From a virus, in the IMG/VR virus record IMGVR_UViG_3300032087_003094, positions 10,481 through 74,480 of that record: DNA of 64,000 bases; one strand, written 5' to 3'. The stretch's first letter is position 1; each line of letters starts with the position of its first letter. Below are positions 9,259 through 18,180 of the stretch, piece by piece. Made by a program: the position numbers and the translations under genes. The notes below the pieces were generated by a model. The model ran no database searches. It had not been told where the DNA came from and worked only from the letters and a program-made list of their open reading frames with translations.

Positions 9259-10308
9259 GTGGAAACATTATCGTTAAGCGAGCTTAAAGCTCAAAACGAG
9301 GCTGCTGAACAGCCTAAAGATACACCGGAAGATGAGTATGTTGAGGTGGATAACGAAACTTTAGAGCCGATTGAGGTTGAGGAACCCGAAGAGCTAGAAG
9401 TTGAAGAAGAAGCTGAGACTGATGACGAAAAGTCAGAACCAGAAGGTGAATTGGAAGACTGGCAGAAGACCGAAGACGATAATAAAAGCGGTTTCATTCC
9501 AAGCGCTGAAGCTAAACATCTACGTCTAAAAAACAAAGATTTAAAGGCTCAGAAAGAGGAAAGAGACGCCGAGCTAGAAGAGCTTAGACAGAAAGTTGAA
9601 GCCTTATCTAATCAACCCAAGAAAGCTGAGGATGTTTTACCTCCAAGGCCGGTATTAGAGGATTATGATTATGATGAGAAGCTTCATGGTGATGCGCTTG
9701 AGGCGTGGTTTGATAAAAAGATCGAGTTAAAACTTAACAAAGGTCTCGAGTCAACCCAGCAAGATAGGGCTAAACAGCTTGAAATTGAAGCGGCAAACAA
9801 AGCTCGGGAAAATGCAGTTCATGAGCATTTAAACAAAGCAAGCAAATTAATTGCTGAGAAGAAGATAACCCAAGACGCTTGGCTAGCTGGAGATTTATTA
9901 ATCCGGCAGACTTTGGATCAAGTGTTTCCAGGTTCAGGCAATGAAGTTGCAGATCAATTTGTCTCACTCATGGAAAGCAATGGCGAAGGTAGCGAGAAAG
10001 CTTGGTTTTACTTAGGCAGAAATCCTAAAGCCCTTAATGAGTTCAAAGACAAACTAATGAACGACAAGACAGGCGCTAGCGGAGTTATGTATTTAGCTAA
10101 GATTCAAGAGAAAGCCTCAAAACCTCCACGTAAAAAACGTAGTGACGCACCAAAACCAGCAGCGGAACTCAAGGGTGACGCAGCAACCGGAACAGCCAAG
10201 TCATTAAAGAAGCAATATGACAAAGCGGTAAAGGATGGCGACACTCAAGGCAGAATTGACGCCAAGAGAGCAGCCAAAAAAGCTGGTGCAGATGTGTCCA
10301 AATGGTAA
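9259..10308 (+). CDS. Scaffolding protein, P22 gp8-like
   Basis: Between portal and coat; acidic N-terminus, coiled coil, basic C-terminal helix-turn-helix. Confidence 0.85.
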   Translation: METLSLSELKAQNEAAEQPKDTPEDEYVEVDNETLEPIEVEEPEELEVEEEAETDDEKSEPEGELEDWQKTEDDNKSGFIPSAEAKHLRLKNKDLKAQKEERDAELEELRQKVEALSNQPKKAEDVLPPRPVLEDYDYDEKLHGDALEAWFDKKIELKLNKGLESTQQDRAKQLEIEAANKARENAVHEHLNKASKLIAEKKITQDAWLAGDLLIRQTLDQVFPGSGNEVADQFVSLMESNGEGSEKAWFYLGRNPKALNEFKDKLMNDKTGASGVMYLAKIQEKASKPPRKKRSDAPKPAAELKGDAATGTAKSLKKQYDKAVKDGDTQGRIDAKRAAKKAGADVSKW

Positions 10309-10321
10309 AAGGTAACTAAAA

Positions 10322-11587
10322 ATGTCTAGTACAGGTAAGATTGTAGAAGTAATGTTTGAGTCCGCGTTAGAGACTTACGAAACCCAAGACATGATGCTCC
10401 CCTTAACGAATTTCTTTGAGCCGGAAGCGGGCGACATGCAGAACTCGGGCAACTTTATTTGGCGCCCAGTCCAGCAACATGCACCAATTATCGACGGCTG
10501 GGATTTAACAGGGTTAGAAACTGATATTATCGAGGAGACCTATCCTGCGATTCTAGGAAGCCCTAAAAATGATTTTGTAGAGCAGCGTGCTGATGATTTG
10601 CGTGATATGACGTTCTGGAAGCGCAGAGGCGAGCAGTCTGGTAGGCGTCAAGCGTCTAACCTTAATCAAACTATCGCGACAGCAGTGGCCACACAAGGCT
10701 CCTTATTCTATCGTGATGTAGCATCGACCAGTGGTTATGATTTCATTGCTCAAGGTCAAGCTATCATGAATGAGAGGCAAGGCGCTCAAAGTGAAAGATG
10801 TTACGTTCTTAATGATCGCTCAACACTTCGTTTTGGTCAGGATTTAGCAGCCAGACAAACTCTTCAGGGTCGCCCTGCGGAAACTTGGAACACTGGTCAA
10901 ATCGGCCAAAATGTAGCCGAGTTTGATGTCTACACTGGCTCATATTTGCCAAACCTAGTAGGCGGTGCAAATCCAGCAACTACCGTAACAGGAGCACAAT
11001 CATTCGCTCCAGAAGGTGGAACGGTTGACGCAGCTACCGGCGTTTGTACTAATGTTGACTATCGTTCAGCAGAGATTCCGGTCGCAGATTCAAGCGGTTA
11101 CAATATTGGAGACAAGGTTACTATTGGCTCTCTTAATGCTGTTGGTCTTGATGACAAAACCGACACTGGTGAGTTGATGACATTCACTATTGTGGCAAAA
11201 CCTTCAGGAACCAGTATCACTGTATATCCTAAACCCATTGCGGCTGATGATGCGGCATTATCAACTTTAGAAAAGGCTTATGCTAATGTTAATACAACAA
11301 TTGCAAACCTTGATACAGTAGATCGTTTAAATACAGACGCTTCAGCAAAAACCAATTTATTTTGGGATAAAGACGCTGTTGAGGTTCTTGGTGGCAGCAT
11401 TCCAGCCAACTTGTTTAAAGAGTTTGACGGCATGAAGGTTGTTTCTAGCACTATGAGCAACGGTCAGACTATGTACATGGTCTACGATGGCGACATTGCT
11501 AAAATGACATTCAGATACCGCTTATTCACTTGGTTTGGCGTGACAATTGCCAACCCTAGCCAGTGTGGTGTTTCAGTATCAGGCTAA
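10322..11587 (+). CDS. Major capsid protein, P22 coat (gp5) family
   Basis: 421 aa; WRPVQQH; I-domain-like insertion (GDKVTIG..LMTFTIV..ITVYPKPI). Confidence 0.9.
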   Translation: MSSTGKIVEVMFESALETYETQDMMLPLTNFFEPEAGDMQNSGNFIWRPVQQHAPIIDGWDLTGLETDIIEETYPAILGSPKNDFVEQRADDLRDMTFWKRRGEQSGRRQASNLNQTIATAVATQGSLFYRDVASTSGYDFIAQGQAIMNERQGAQSERCYVLNDRSTLRFGQDLAARQTLQGRPAETWNTGQIGQNVAEFDVYTGSYLPNLVGGANPATTVTGAQSFAPEGGTVDAATGVCTNVDYRSAEIPVADSSGYNIGDKVTIGSLNAVGLDDKTDTGELMTFTIVAKPSGTSITVYPKPIAADDAALSTLEKAYANVNTTIANLDTVDRLNTDASAKTNLFWDKDAVEVLGGSIPANLFKEFDGMKVVSSTMSNGQTMYMVYDGDIAKMTFRYRLFTWFGVTIANPSQCGVSVSG

Positions 11588-11607
11588 CTTAAGCTTTAGT
11601 GTTGTAT

Positions 11608-11636
11608 GGGGTGGCTTTTGGCTGCCCCTTTTTTTT
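11608..11636 (+). terminator. Intrinsic terminator after coat gene
   Basis: GGGGTGGC/GCTGCCCC stem followed by T8. Confidence 0.85.
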
Positions 11637-11667
11637 GCTATAATGAAAGAAAACCGGAGATTAATAT

Positions 11668-11907
11668 ATGTCAGTTGTTATTTGGAAAGATGGTGTTAGT
11701 TCTTTATGCGAACCTAAATACCTAGCTAATGAGCTAGCCGCTGGTTACACGTTGGAAAATATCAAAAAGGAAGTTAAGAAAGAAGAAAGTGATGAGGATA
11801 AAGATATTAGACTACAAGCAAAAGAGCTAGGCATTAAAAGCCCTCACAACAAAAAAATACCAACGTTGATAAAAGAAATCGAGGCCAAGTTAAATGATAG
11901 CGACTAA
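11668..11907 (+). CDS. Small protein with C-terminal HeH/Rho-N-like helix pair
   Basis: IRLQAKELGIKSPHNKKIPTLIKEI; common position after coat gene. Confidence 0.55.
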   Translation: MSVVIWKDGVSSLCEPKYLANELAAGYTLENIKKEVKKEESDEDKDIRLQAKELGIKSPHNKKIPTLIKEIEAKLNDSD

Positions 11908-12643
11908 AGATGATCTCCTTATTGGGGCCTTTGATGAATTGAGGATTAGCGGCTTAACTGTTGACCCCACCCCAAAAGAAAAGCAACAGGCGCTAATCAA
12001 GATGGAGGAAATAGCGGCCGAATATGAAAGCCGCAACATCTGCATCAACTATCTTTTTGAGGATGAGCCAGACCCGAGCACCACCAGCGGGATACCACCT
12101 CAATTCAATCAAATGATGAAAACTAATGTTGCAGTGAGATTGATACCAATGTTTGGTAAAAACTCTCAAGCGTCCCCAGCATTAATGGATTTAAAAAAAC
12201 AAGCTTCAGGCGCCCTATCCAACGCTAGCGCTAGGACTGCAGTCGTTAATGAAACGAACTACCCAGACAGGCAGCCAGTAGGCTCTGGGAATAACTTTAG
12301 ATGGGGTCAGAAATGGCGTAGATTCTACAAAGAATCTCCTAATGCACCTATATCTTGCTCAACAGAAAAAATGCAACTAAATACGATAGATAGCTTTATT
12401 GCATCGTGGGCTAATTTCCTTGGTGAAGGTGAAACAATATCCAGTTATGAGATAAAATCTAGTAATGGTCTAACTATTTCTGGCGATCAAATACAAAACG
12501 ACAGCACCGAGGTTTTTTATAGGGCGCTTGCTACTTTATGCGGTTACCAAACCGTGACCATATCTATTGTAACAACATCTAGCACCCCTGAATTTGCTGA
12601 CGTCAGAACAATTAACTTTAATGTTATTGATAATTTAAGCTGA
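11894..12643 (+). CDS. Head-to-tail adaptor (P22 gp4-like) fused to a C-terminal Ig-like fibre-adaptor-type domain
   Basis: TKDDLLIGAFDELRISG and YPDRQPVGSGN are gp4-like; extension W..FL.EGETISS...RTINFNV. Confidence 0.75.
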   Translation: MIATKDDLLIGAFDELRISGLTVDPTPKEKQQALIKMEEIAAEYESRNICINYLFEDEPDPSTTSGIPPQFNQMMKTNVAVRLIPMFGKNSQASPALMDLKKQASGALSNASARTAVVNETNYPDRQPVGSGNNFRWGQKWRRFYKESPNAPISCSTEKMQLNTIDSFIASWANFLGEGETISSYEIKSSNGLTISGDQIQNDSTEVFYRALATLCGYQTVTISIVTTSSTPEFADVRTINFNVIDNLS

Positions 12644-12730
12644 TATAATAGCGCTAGGCCGTGTCGGGCGGCCTAGGTAGCGCTACCGTCCACCATCCCG
12701 ACAACCCGATAAGCTTTGTCCTCCCGACCT
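12641..12730 (+). ncRNA. Hairpin with three downstream loop-complementary sites (antisense/attenuator-like leader)
   Basis: TGA-TATAAT extended -10; CTAGGCCG/CGGCCTAG stem; loop TGTCGGG; CCCGACA 12697, CCCGATA 12705, CCCGACC 12723. Confidence 0.5.
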
Positions 12731-12766
12731 TGGACATGGAAGTTCAATTTTTTAATGAGGCTTATC

Positions 12767-14791
12767 ATGGCGTTTAATCAATTTAAACTCGACCGCTCAA
12801 ACTCTCAATCTCGCGGAATTTTCGATTCTTATATCTATTCAACCTCAGACACTATTGCGGAAGTTCAGGCAACTTCTTATTTCATAGAGAGCCGTTTTGC
12901 CGGAAGAGTCCCTGAGAAATGGGTCGGCAGCTTTATTACTTGCAAGTGTGCTGACGGAGTATACGAAGGTGAGATAGATGAAAATGGCACTGCTCAACCT
13001 ATTGCTACAGGCGCAGCCGATGGAGATGTGGTTGGCCCAGCGTCCAGCACTGATACGTCGCTTGTTTTATTTAGTGGCGCGACCGGAAAAGTCATTGATG
13101 AGGCCCCTGTAACTGTCGACTTAGATGGGAAGATGACTTTTACAAATCTAAATAATGTTAAGGGTTCTTTTGTCGGGGTTAATGTTTATGAAATATTAAG
13201 CGCTTCAGATTTAGACGACTTAGCTGTAGGTGGTGTTATTACAGTTAATTCGGTTACTGTTTTTCTATGGAATAGTATCGATACAGAAATAGAGTCTGAC
13301 GTGAGGATTGTCTGTGAAAATGGCGGAATATTTCAAGTTCAATCCTCGGCTGGCAGAATGGTCTGGATATACACCGGAACCGATACGTTCATATCGGGTG
13401 ACGGAGCATTTACAGCAATCAATATGACCCTAGAGAGCAATTCAGGAAGTGCTAAGTTTATTGATTTAGGTACTAGAGCTCTATTACTAGAAAATGCGGG
13501 AGTTAGAGGTTGGAATGATTTGGGAGAGTTTTTCGGCGGAGTTGTGAATCTAGATTCCACTAGATTTATAGCAAACTCAACCACTCTATCACTAAGAAAT
13601 TGCAGCAGTATAACTATTGATAAAGTGTCGCCTATTGCCTTAGCTCCAGGGCTTAACATGATCACAATAACTAATCAGTTTGCAAAAACGCAAGCTGTAA
13701 GAATTTTATTTGCGACTGGGGCTATATCAAGCACTAGTAACATAGTTAGGATCGACCCTGCAGTACTTGATGGCTCTAGATTCTTAGTGACCGGTTGTAC
13801 AGTTTCAGGTGGCGGCGTATTTGATACATCGGGCTCCAGTGGTACATTTACCGCTGTTGCAGATGCGACTATTGCGACAACCACTGTAACTAGCGTCACC
13901 GATTCGGGAGGGCTAGCAAGATTCAATTATACTGGCTCCAGTGTGCACGCTGGCCAAATAGTTGAGCTCACAGGCTTTGCTACGAGCTCCTACAATACGA
14001 GCGGGAGAGTCATAACCACTGCTGGCGCTGGTTTTTTTGAGTTTGAAAATGTCAGTTATAGTGTTAATGATAGCGGATCTTTCACTTCCAATTCTGTTAC
14101 GTTAACCGACATTGGAACCGCTCTAGTTGATGGCGATACCATTACTGTCAATACCGATTCCTCAACTGATTACGATGGCGGTTCATATGTTTACAATCAA
14201 CAGCTTGACAGCTTTCAAATAAACAGAGAGTTTACAGTTACAGCTAGCGGAACTTGGAGTGCGGCAGGATTGGATGGTTCAGATTCAAGAGTTATTGCTA
14301 TATCTAATGTTGGCTTTGAAGATAGCTCGTATATTGGCAGCGGCTTTGTTAATGATAACTCAGTACAAACGACTGGCATTGTTAATGGTGTATATCAGGA
14401 CATAGTTTTTGGCACGGCTGGTAGCTCATTAATACAGGCGACCAATACCGAAAGATTTAAATTAATTGATGATGTCAGTGGTACTTGGGAATGCACCTCA
14501 AATGAAGAGGTTAACGGGGAGATAACAAGCCCAATAACAGCAGTCAGCTCCGGAGGGGCTAGAGAGTTTTTATTTAAGTGGGTAATTGACCGAAGAGATG
14601 GGAATGGTTTTGTTGATATGACTAACGCAGCTATAGCAATGAATGAGATTGGATCGTCTGCTGGTAATACTTCATTCGCCGCTCCTATATCAATGCAAAA
14701 AACATGGAGAATGAAACCTCAAGTAACTAGACAGGATGGAAGTAGCGATTTAACAATAAGATATGCTCAAATCTACATAAGAGGAAAATAG
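12767..14791 (+). CDS. Large beta-rich virion/tail accessory protein (likely start 12767)
   Basis: GAGG RBS before ATG 12767; GDVVGPASSTD fibre-type motif; Gly/Ser/Thr rich. Confidence 0.6.
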   Translation: MAFNQFKLDRSNSQSRGIFDSYIYSTSDTIAEVQATSYFIESRFAGRVPEKWVGSFITCKCADGVYEGEIDENGTAQPIATGAADGDVVGPASSTDTSLVLFSGATGKVIDEAPVTVDLDGKMTFTNLNNVKGSFVGVNVYEILSASDLDDLAVGGVITVNSVTVFLWNSIDTEIESDVRIVCENGGIFQVQSSAGRMVWIYTGTDTFISGDGAFTAINMTLESNSGSAKFIDLGTRALLLENAGVRGWNDLGEFFGGVVNLDSTRFIANSTTLSLRNCSSITIDKVSPIALAPGLNMITITNQFAKTQAVRILFATGAISSTSNIVRIDPAVLDGSRFLVTGCTVSGGGVFDTSGSSGTFTAVADATIATTTVTSVTDSGGLARFNYTGSSVHAGQIVELTGFATSSYNTSGRVITTAGAGFFEFENVSYSVNDSGSFTSNSVTLTDIGTALVDGDTITVNTDSSTDYDGGSYVYNQQLDSFQINREFTVTASGTWSAAGLDGSDSRVIAISNVGFEDSSYIGSGFVNDNSVQTTGIVNGVYQDIVFGTAGSSLIQATNTERFKLIDDVSGTWECTSNEEVNGEITSPITAVSSGGAREFLFKWVIDRRDGNGFVDMTNAAIAMNEIGSSAGNTSFAAPISMQKTWRMKPQVTRQDGSSDLTIRYAQIYIRGK

Positions 14792-14868
14792 CGCCACCCA
14801 AACAAGCTAACGCGGGACTGTTTATTATTGTGTGGTACAATGGCTTATAATTTTAAATAGGTAGCGCT

Positions 14869-16272
14869 ATGGAATTAAAACTCCCAATTTCTATAGGTGA
14901 TAAGCACGGCTCAGAAACCGATTATCGCGATCAATTATTAGTTAACTACACTTTAATTTCTAGAGAAATAAAAGGCGATCAAGGATATATATTATCTCAT
15001 CCAGGGCTAACTCTTCTTGGTAACGCTGTAGGGGTAGATCGGGGTGGGTGGTTCAATCCGCGCCAAAACTCTCACCTTAGGGTTTCAGAAACTACATTAA
15101 TATCCCTTAATACAAACGGCTCTTATGATGCTGTCGGCGTTATTCCAGGCTCTCAACATGTCATCATGGATAACTCCTTCGAGACTCAAGGTATCTTATC
15201 AGATGGTAGATTTTGGCTGTACGATGGCGCAACATTAGCTGAGGTAATAGACGAAGATTTAGGCTCGCCTATAGACTTTAAATGGATAAATGGCGTCTAC
15301 TTTTTCACTGATGGCGAAAACCTATATCATACTACAGCAACATCTGAATTTAACATAGACCCGTTAACCTTTGCCACTTCTGAATTTTCACCCGATAGAA
15401 CATACGGGCTGATAAAAAATGAGCAAAACCAAATGGTTGTTCTTAACAGGTACACTATTGAATGGTTTAGAGATACTGGCGCCGCTGTAAACTTTAGATT
15501 TGAGAGAATTCAAGGTAAGGCCGTTAAGGTCGGAATTGTCGGCACTAATTGCAAGGTCGAGATGAATGGTCAGATATTTATTCTTGGTGGCAGGAAAAAC
15601 GAAGACCCGAGCGTTCATATTGTATCAGGCGGAAAGAACTCCAGAATAGCCACTAGAGAAATAGACAAGCTGATTAATGCTTACACCGAGGCTGAACTCC
15701 AATCTGTTGTCATGGAGACGAGGACTCAATATGGTGATCAATTTATTATCATAAGACTACCTGATACAACGCTTTTGTATAACTTCACCATCGCCTCTAA
15801 ATATGGCAACAAATATGGCTGGACAATAGCCAAAACAGGTGTTGTTGACAGTTCTCCATGGAGGGGAAGAAACGGTGTGTTTGATCCGAGGCTGTCAAAG
15901 TGGATTTATGGTGACTCGCTTGATGGCTCTATTGGTTATCTTGATGAAATGACCGCCGCTCAATATGGCGAGCAAATGGAAGGATTGTTTTATAGTCCGA
16001 TCGTTAAATTGGAAACGTTTAGCATTAATGAGATGGAGATGGAAACCATACCAGGCTTTCATTCTGGCCCTATCACTGTATTCATGTCTCAATCTCTTAA
16101 TGGTGTTAATTACGCGCAAGAATATAAATTTTTAGAAAGCGAAGAATTCAATTACGATTTGAGGTTTATTGGCAGGAATATCGGTTATGTGAGGGATAAT
16201 TTCAACTTCAAATTTAGAGTTGTTTCCACCGGTAGAACCGCATTTGGAGGGTTGGAAATAGAATATGATTAA
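14869..16272 (+). CDS. Tail hub / DNA stabilisation protein, P22 gp10-like
   Basis: DYRDQLLVN, HPGL..GVDRG, FATSEFSPD, IATREIDKLI motifs; 467 aa; synteny. Confidence 0.9.
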   Translation: MELKLPISIGDKHGSETDYRDQLLVNYTLISREIKGDQGYILSHPGLTLLGNAVGVDRGGWFNPRQNSHLRVSETTLISLNTNGSYDAVGVIPGSQHVIMDNSFETQGILSDGRFWLYDGATLAEVIDEDLGSPIDFKWINGVYFFTDGENLYHTTATSEFNIDPLTFATSEFSPDRTYGLIKNEQNQMVVLNRYTIEWFRDTGAAVNFRFERIQGKAVKVGIVGTNCKVEMNGQIFILGGRKNEDPSVHIVSGGKNSRIATREIDKLINAYTEAELQSVVMETRTQYGDQFIIIRLPDTTLLYNFTIASKYGNKYGWTIAKTGVVDSSPWRGRNGVFDPRLSKWIYGDSLDGSIGYLDEMTAAQYGEQMEGLFYSPIVKLETFSINEMEMETIPGFHSGPITVFMSQSLNGVNYAQEYKFLESEEFNYDLRFIGRNIGYVRDNFNFKFRVVSTGRTAFGGLEIEYD

Positions 16273-16543
16273 GTCAAATCAAACCATTGAGGATTGGAGC
16301 GACTGCTCTACAGAGCATACTGGATGGTCAGACAACTCTGTAGAGGACTATATGGCTGTAAAGGGTGACTTGCAAAGAGTTGAAGGGTTAATCAATGATG
16401 GTGCGCTGTCTCCACAGTTCGGCACTGGAAGCCCGGAGGGCGTAGTTATAGCTAATTATTCCTTAAAGTACATCGATACAAGCGTTCCAACAGAATACTA
16501 CAACCCAACATTTGGTTCCGATACTGGATGGGTAGCATTGTGA
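16265..16543 (+). CDS. Short tail needle/plug protein (gp26 position)
   Basis: Directly after gp10; WS..VEDY and GTGSPEGVV motifs. Confidence 0.55.
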   Translation: MIKSNQTIEDWSDCSTEHTGWSDNSVEDYMAVKGDLQRVEGLINDGALSPQFGTGSPEGVVIANYSLKYIDTSVPTEYYNPTFGSDTGWVAL

Positions 16544-17073
16544 GTTACTTTATTTCTGGATTGCCAAGAAGTAGGACGGCATGGTTATCAGTGTTTATGT
16601 CTCAATCAGGACAGTATTGCCATCATGACGGCTTTAATCATTGCCAATCGATGGAGGAGTATCGAAATAAAATAAAAGGCTGCGGCGACAGCTCTACTGG
16701 ATTAACTTTAATTAACTTAAATAAAGATTTTCCAGACTCCAAAGTGGTAATCATAGAAAAAAACGAACAAGAGTTTGAAAGATGTGTTGAATGGTGCGAT
16801 GCAATGTACGGAAAAGGCTCGCGTGGCAACTTGATTGAGATGAGGGAAAAGCAAAAGACAATAGAAGGGCTTAGGGTGAATCAATACGATTTGGACAATA
16901 AGTTAAGAGACATCTGGGAGTATTTGGTCGATACGCCGTGGAGTAATAGATATTTAAAATTAACACAATTTAACATTCAGTCAGATCCCTTTAACATCAA
17001 TTTACAAGCAGCAAAATCACTATATGAAAGCATTCAACAAGATAAGCTCAACAGTAGACGCGTCCAAAGCTAG
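16540..17073 (+). CDS. Sulfotransferase-like P-loop protein (likely GTG start 16540)
   Basis: FISGLPRSRTAWLS resembles the PAPS-binding PSB loop. Confidence 0.6.
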   Translation: MSYFISGLPRSRTAWLSVFMSQSGQYCHHDGFNHCQSMEEYRNKIKGCGDSSTGLTLINLNKDFPDSKVVIIEKNEQEFERCVEWCDAMYGKGSRGNLIEMREKQKTIEGLRVNQYDLDNKLRDIWEYLVDTPWSNRYLKLTQFNIQSDPFNINLQAAKSLYESIQQDKLNSRRVQS

Positions 17074-17608
17074 GCAAGAGCTTTATAATAATTATGGATT
17101 ATTTGGTGAATTTAATGCCAGAAAAGAGGCTGGTCCAGTGCATGCAGATATGGATGATATATGGCTAAGATATGGCGATATATCTGGAATGAATGAAAGT
17201 GGGGACTATTCAAAAATAGCCGACGAGCATGACTCTATCTGGCTTAAAAACTTACCTGAATGTAAAAAGCTGTGTTTTAAGGTTATGTCCTTAGTGGATG
17301 GGGAAAGGTTGGGAGGTGTTTTAATTACAAAGTTACCTCCTGGGGGAAAAATACAGCCGCACGCTGATTCTGGCTGGCACGCTGAATATTATGACAAATA
17401 CTACATCCCAATCCAGAACGCCAAGGGCGCGATATTCGGTTTTGAATGTGGTATTATAGAGCCAAACTATGGTGATGTATGGGCGTTTGATAATTCCTAT
17501 ACTCACTGGGTGGAAAACAACTCTGATGAAGAGAGGATAGCGATGATTATTTGTATTAAGCAATCTAAAATGGATAAGTCAGGCTTTATGCTTGGCGATA
17601 GAGTGTAA
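17024..17608 (+). CDS. Aspartyl/asparaginyl beta-hydroxylase-like 2OG-Fe(II) oxygenase
   Basis: LPPGGKIQPHAD...WAFDNSYTHWVEN...RIAMIICI. Confidence 0.85.
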   Translation: MKAFNKISSTVDASKARQELYNNYGLFGEFNARKEAGPVHADMDDIWLRYGDISGMNESGDYSKIADEHDSIWLKNLPECKKLCFKVMSLVDGERLGGVLITKLPPGGKIQPHADSGWHAEYYDKYYIPIQNAKGAIFGFECGIIEPNYGDVWAFDNSYTHWVENNSDEERIAMIICIKQSKMDKSGFMLGDRV

Positions 17609-17610
17609 AA

Positions 17611-18180
17611 TTGCCTTGGGGTTACGCTGCCGCGGCGGTAGGCACCTATTTAGGCTCTAGAGAAGCAGGTAGGGGAGCAGAGAGCGCGGCTAGAACAGAA
17701 GCTGACGCCATGAATAGAGCGCTAGATTATCAGCAAGAGGTTGAGAGGCTTCCGCTTGAGATTAGAAATCAGTTTTTGCCATTAATGTCCGATTTTTACT
17801 CTGGAGGGGAAGGTCAAAACCAGTTTATCGAAGACACTAAATCAAGTCCTTTTTATCAACAGATGATTCAAGCAGGACAGGAAGGTGTATTGGCTAATGC
17901 TGGCGCTAGAGGTTTAACTCGATCAGGGAACACGGCACAAGATTTATCCCTATCCAATCAAAATGTTTTAAATAGCCTTGTTAACCAAAGGCTTGCTGGC
18001 GTCTCCACGCTTGCTAACCAGCCATTAAATACCAACGCAATAGCTAACTCTATGAGCGGCATTGGTCGAACTATGGGTCAAGGTCAGATTGCTCAAGCTA
18101 ACGCTATGCAGCAGGGTTATGGCGGGATGTTCGACGCAATCATACAAGGCACGAATGAATACAACAGGAGCGGCGGCTAA
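17611..18180 (+). CDS. DNA ejection protein, P22 gp7-like
   Basis: SPFYQQM..GVLANAGARGLTRSGNT motif; synteny. Confidence 0.7.
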   Translation: MPWGYAAAAVGTYLGSREAGRGAESAARTEADAMNRALDYQQEVERLPLEIRNQFLPLMSDFYSGGEGQNQFIEDTKSSPFYQQMIQAGQEGVLANAGARGLTRSGNTAQDLSLSNQNVLNSLVNQRLAGVSTLANQPLNTNAIANSMSGIGRTMGQGQIAQANAMQQGYGGMFDAIIQGTNEYNRSGG

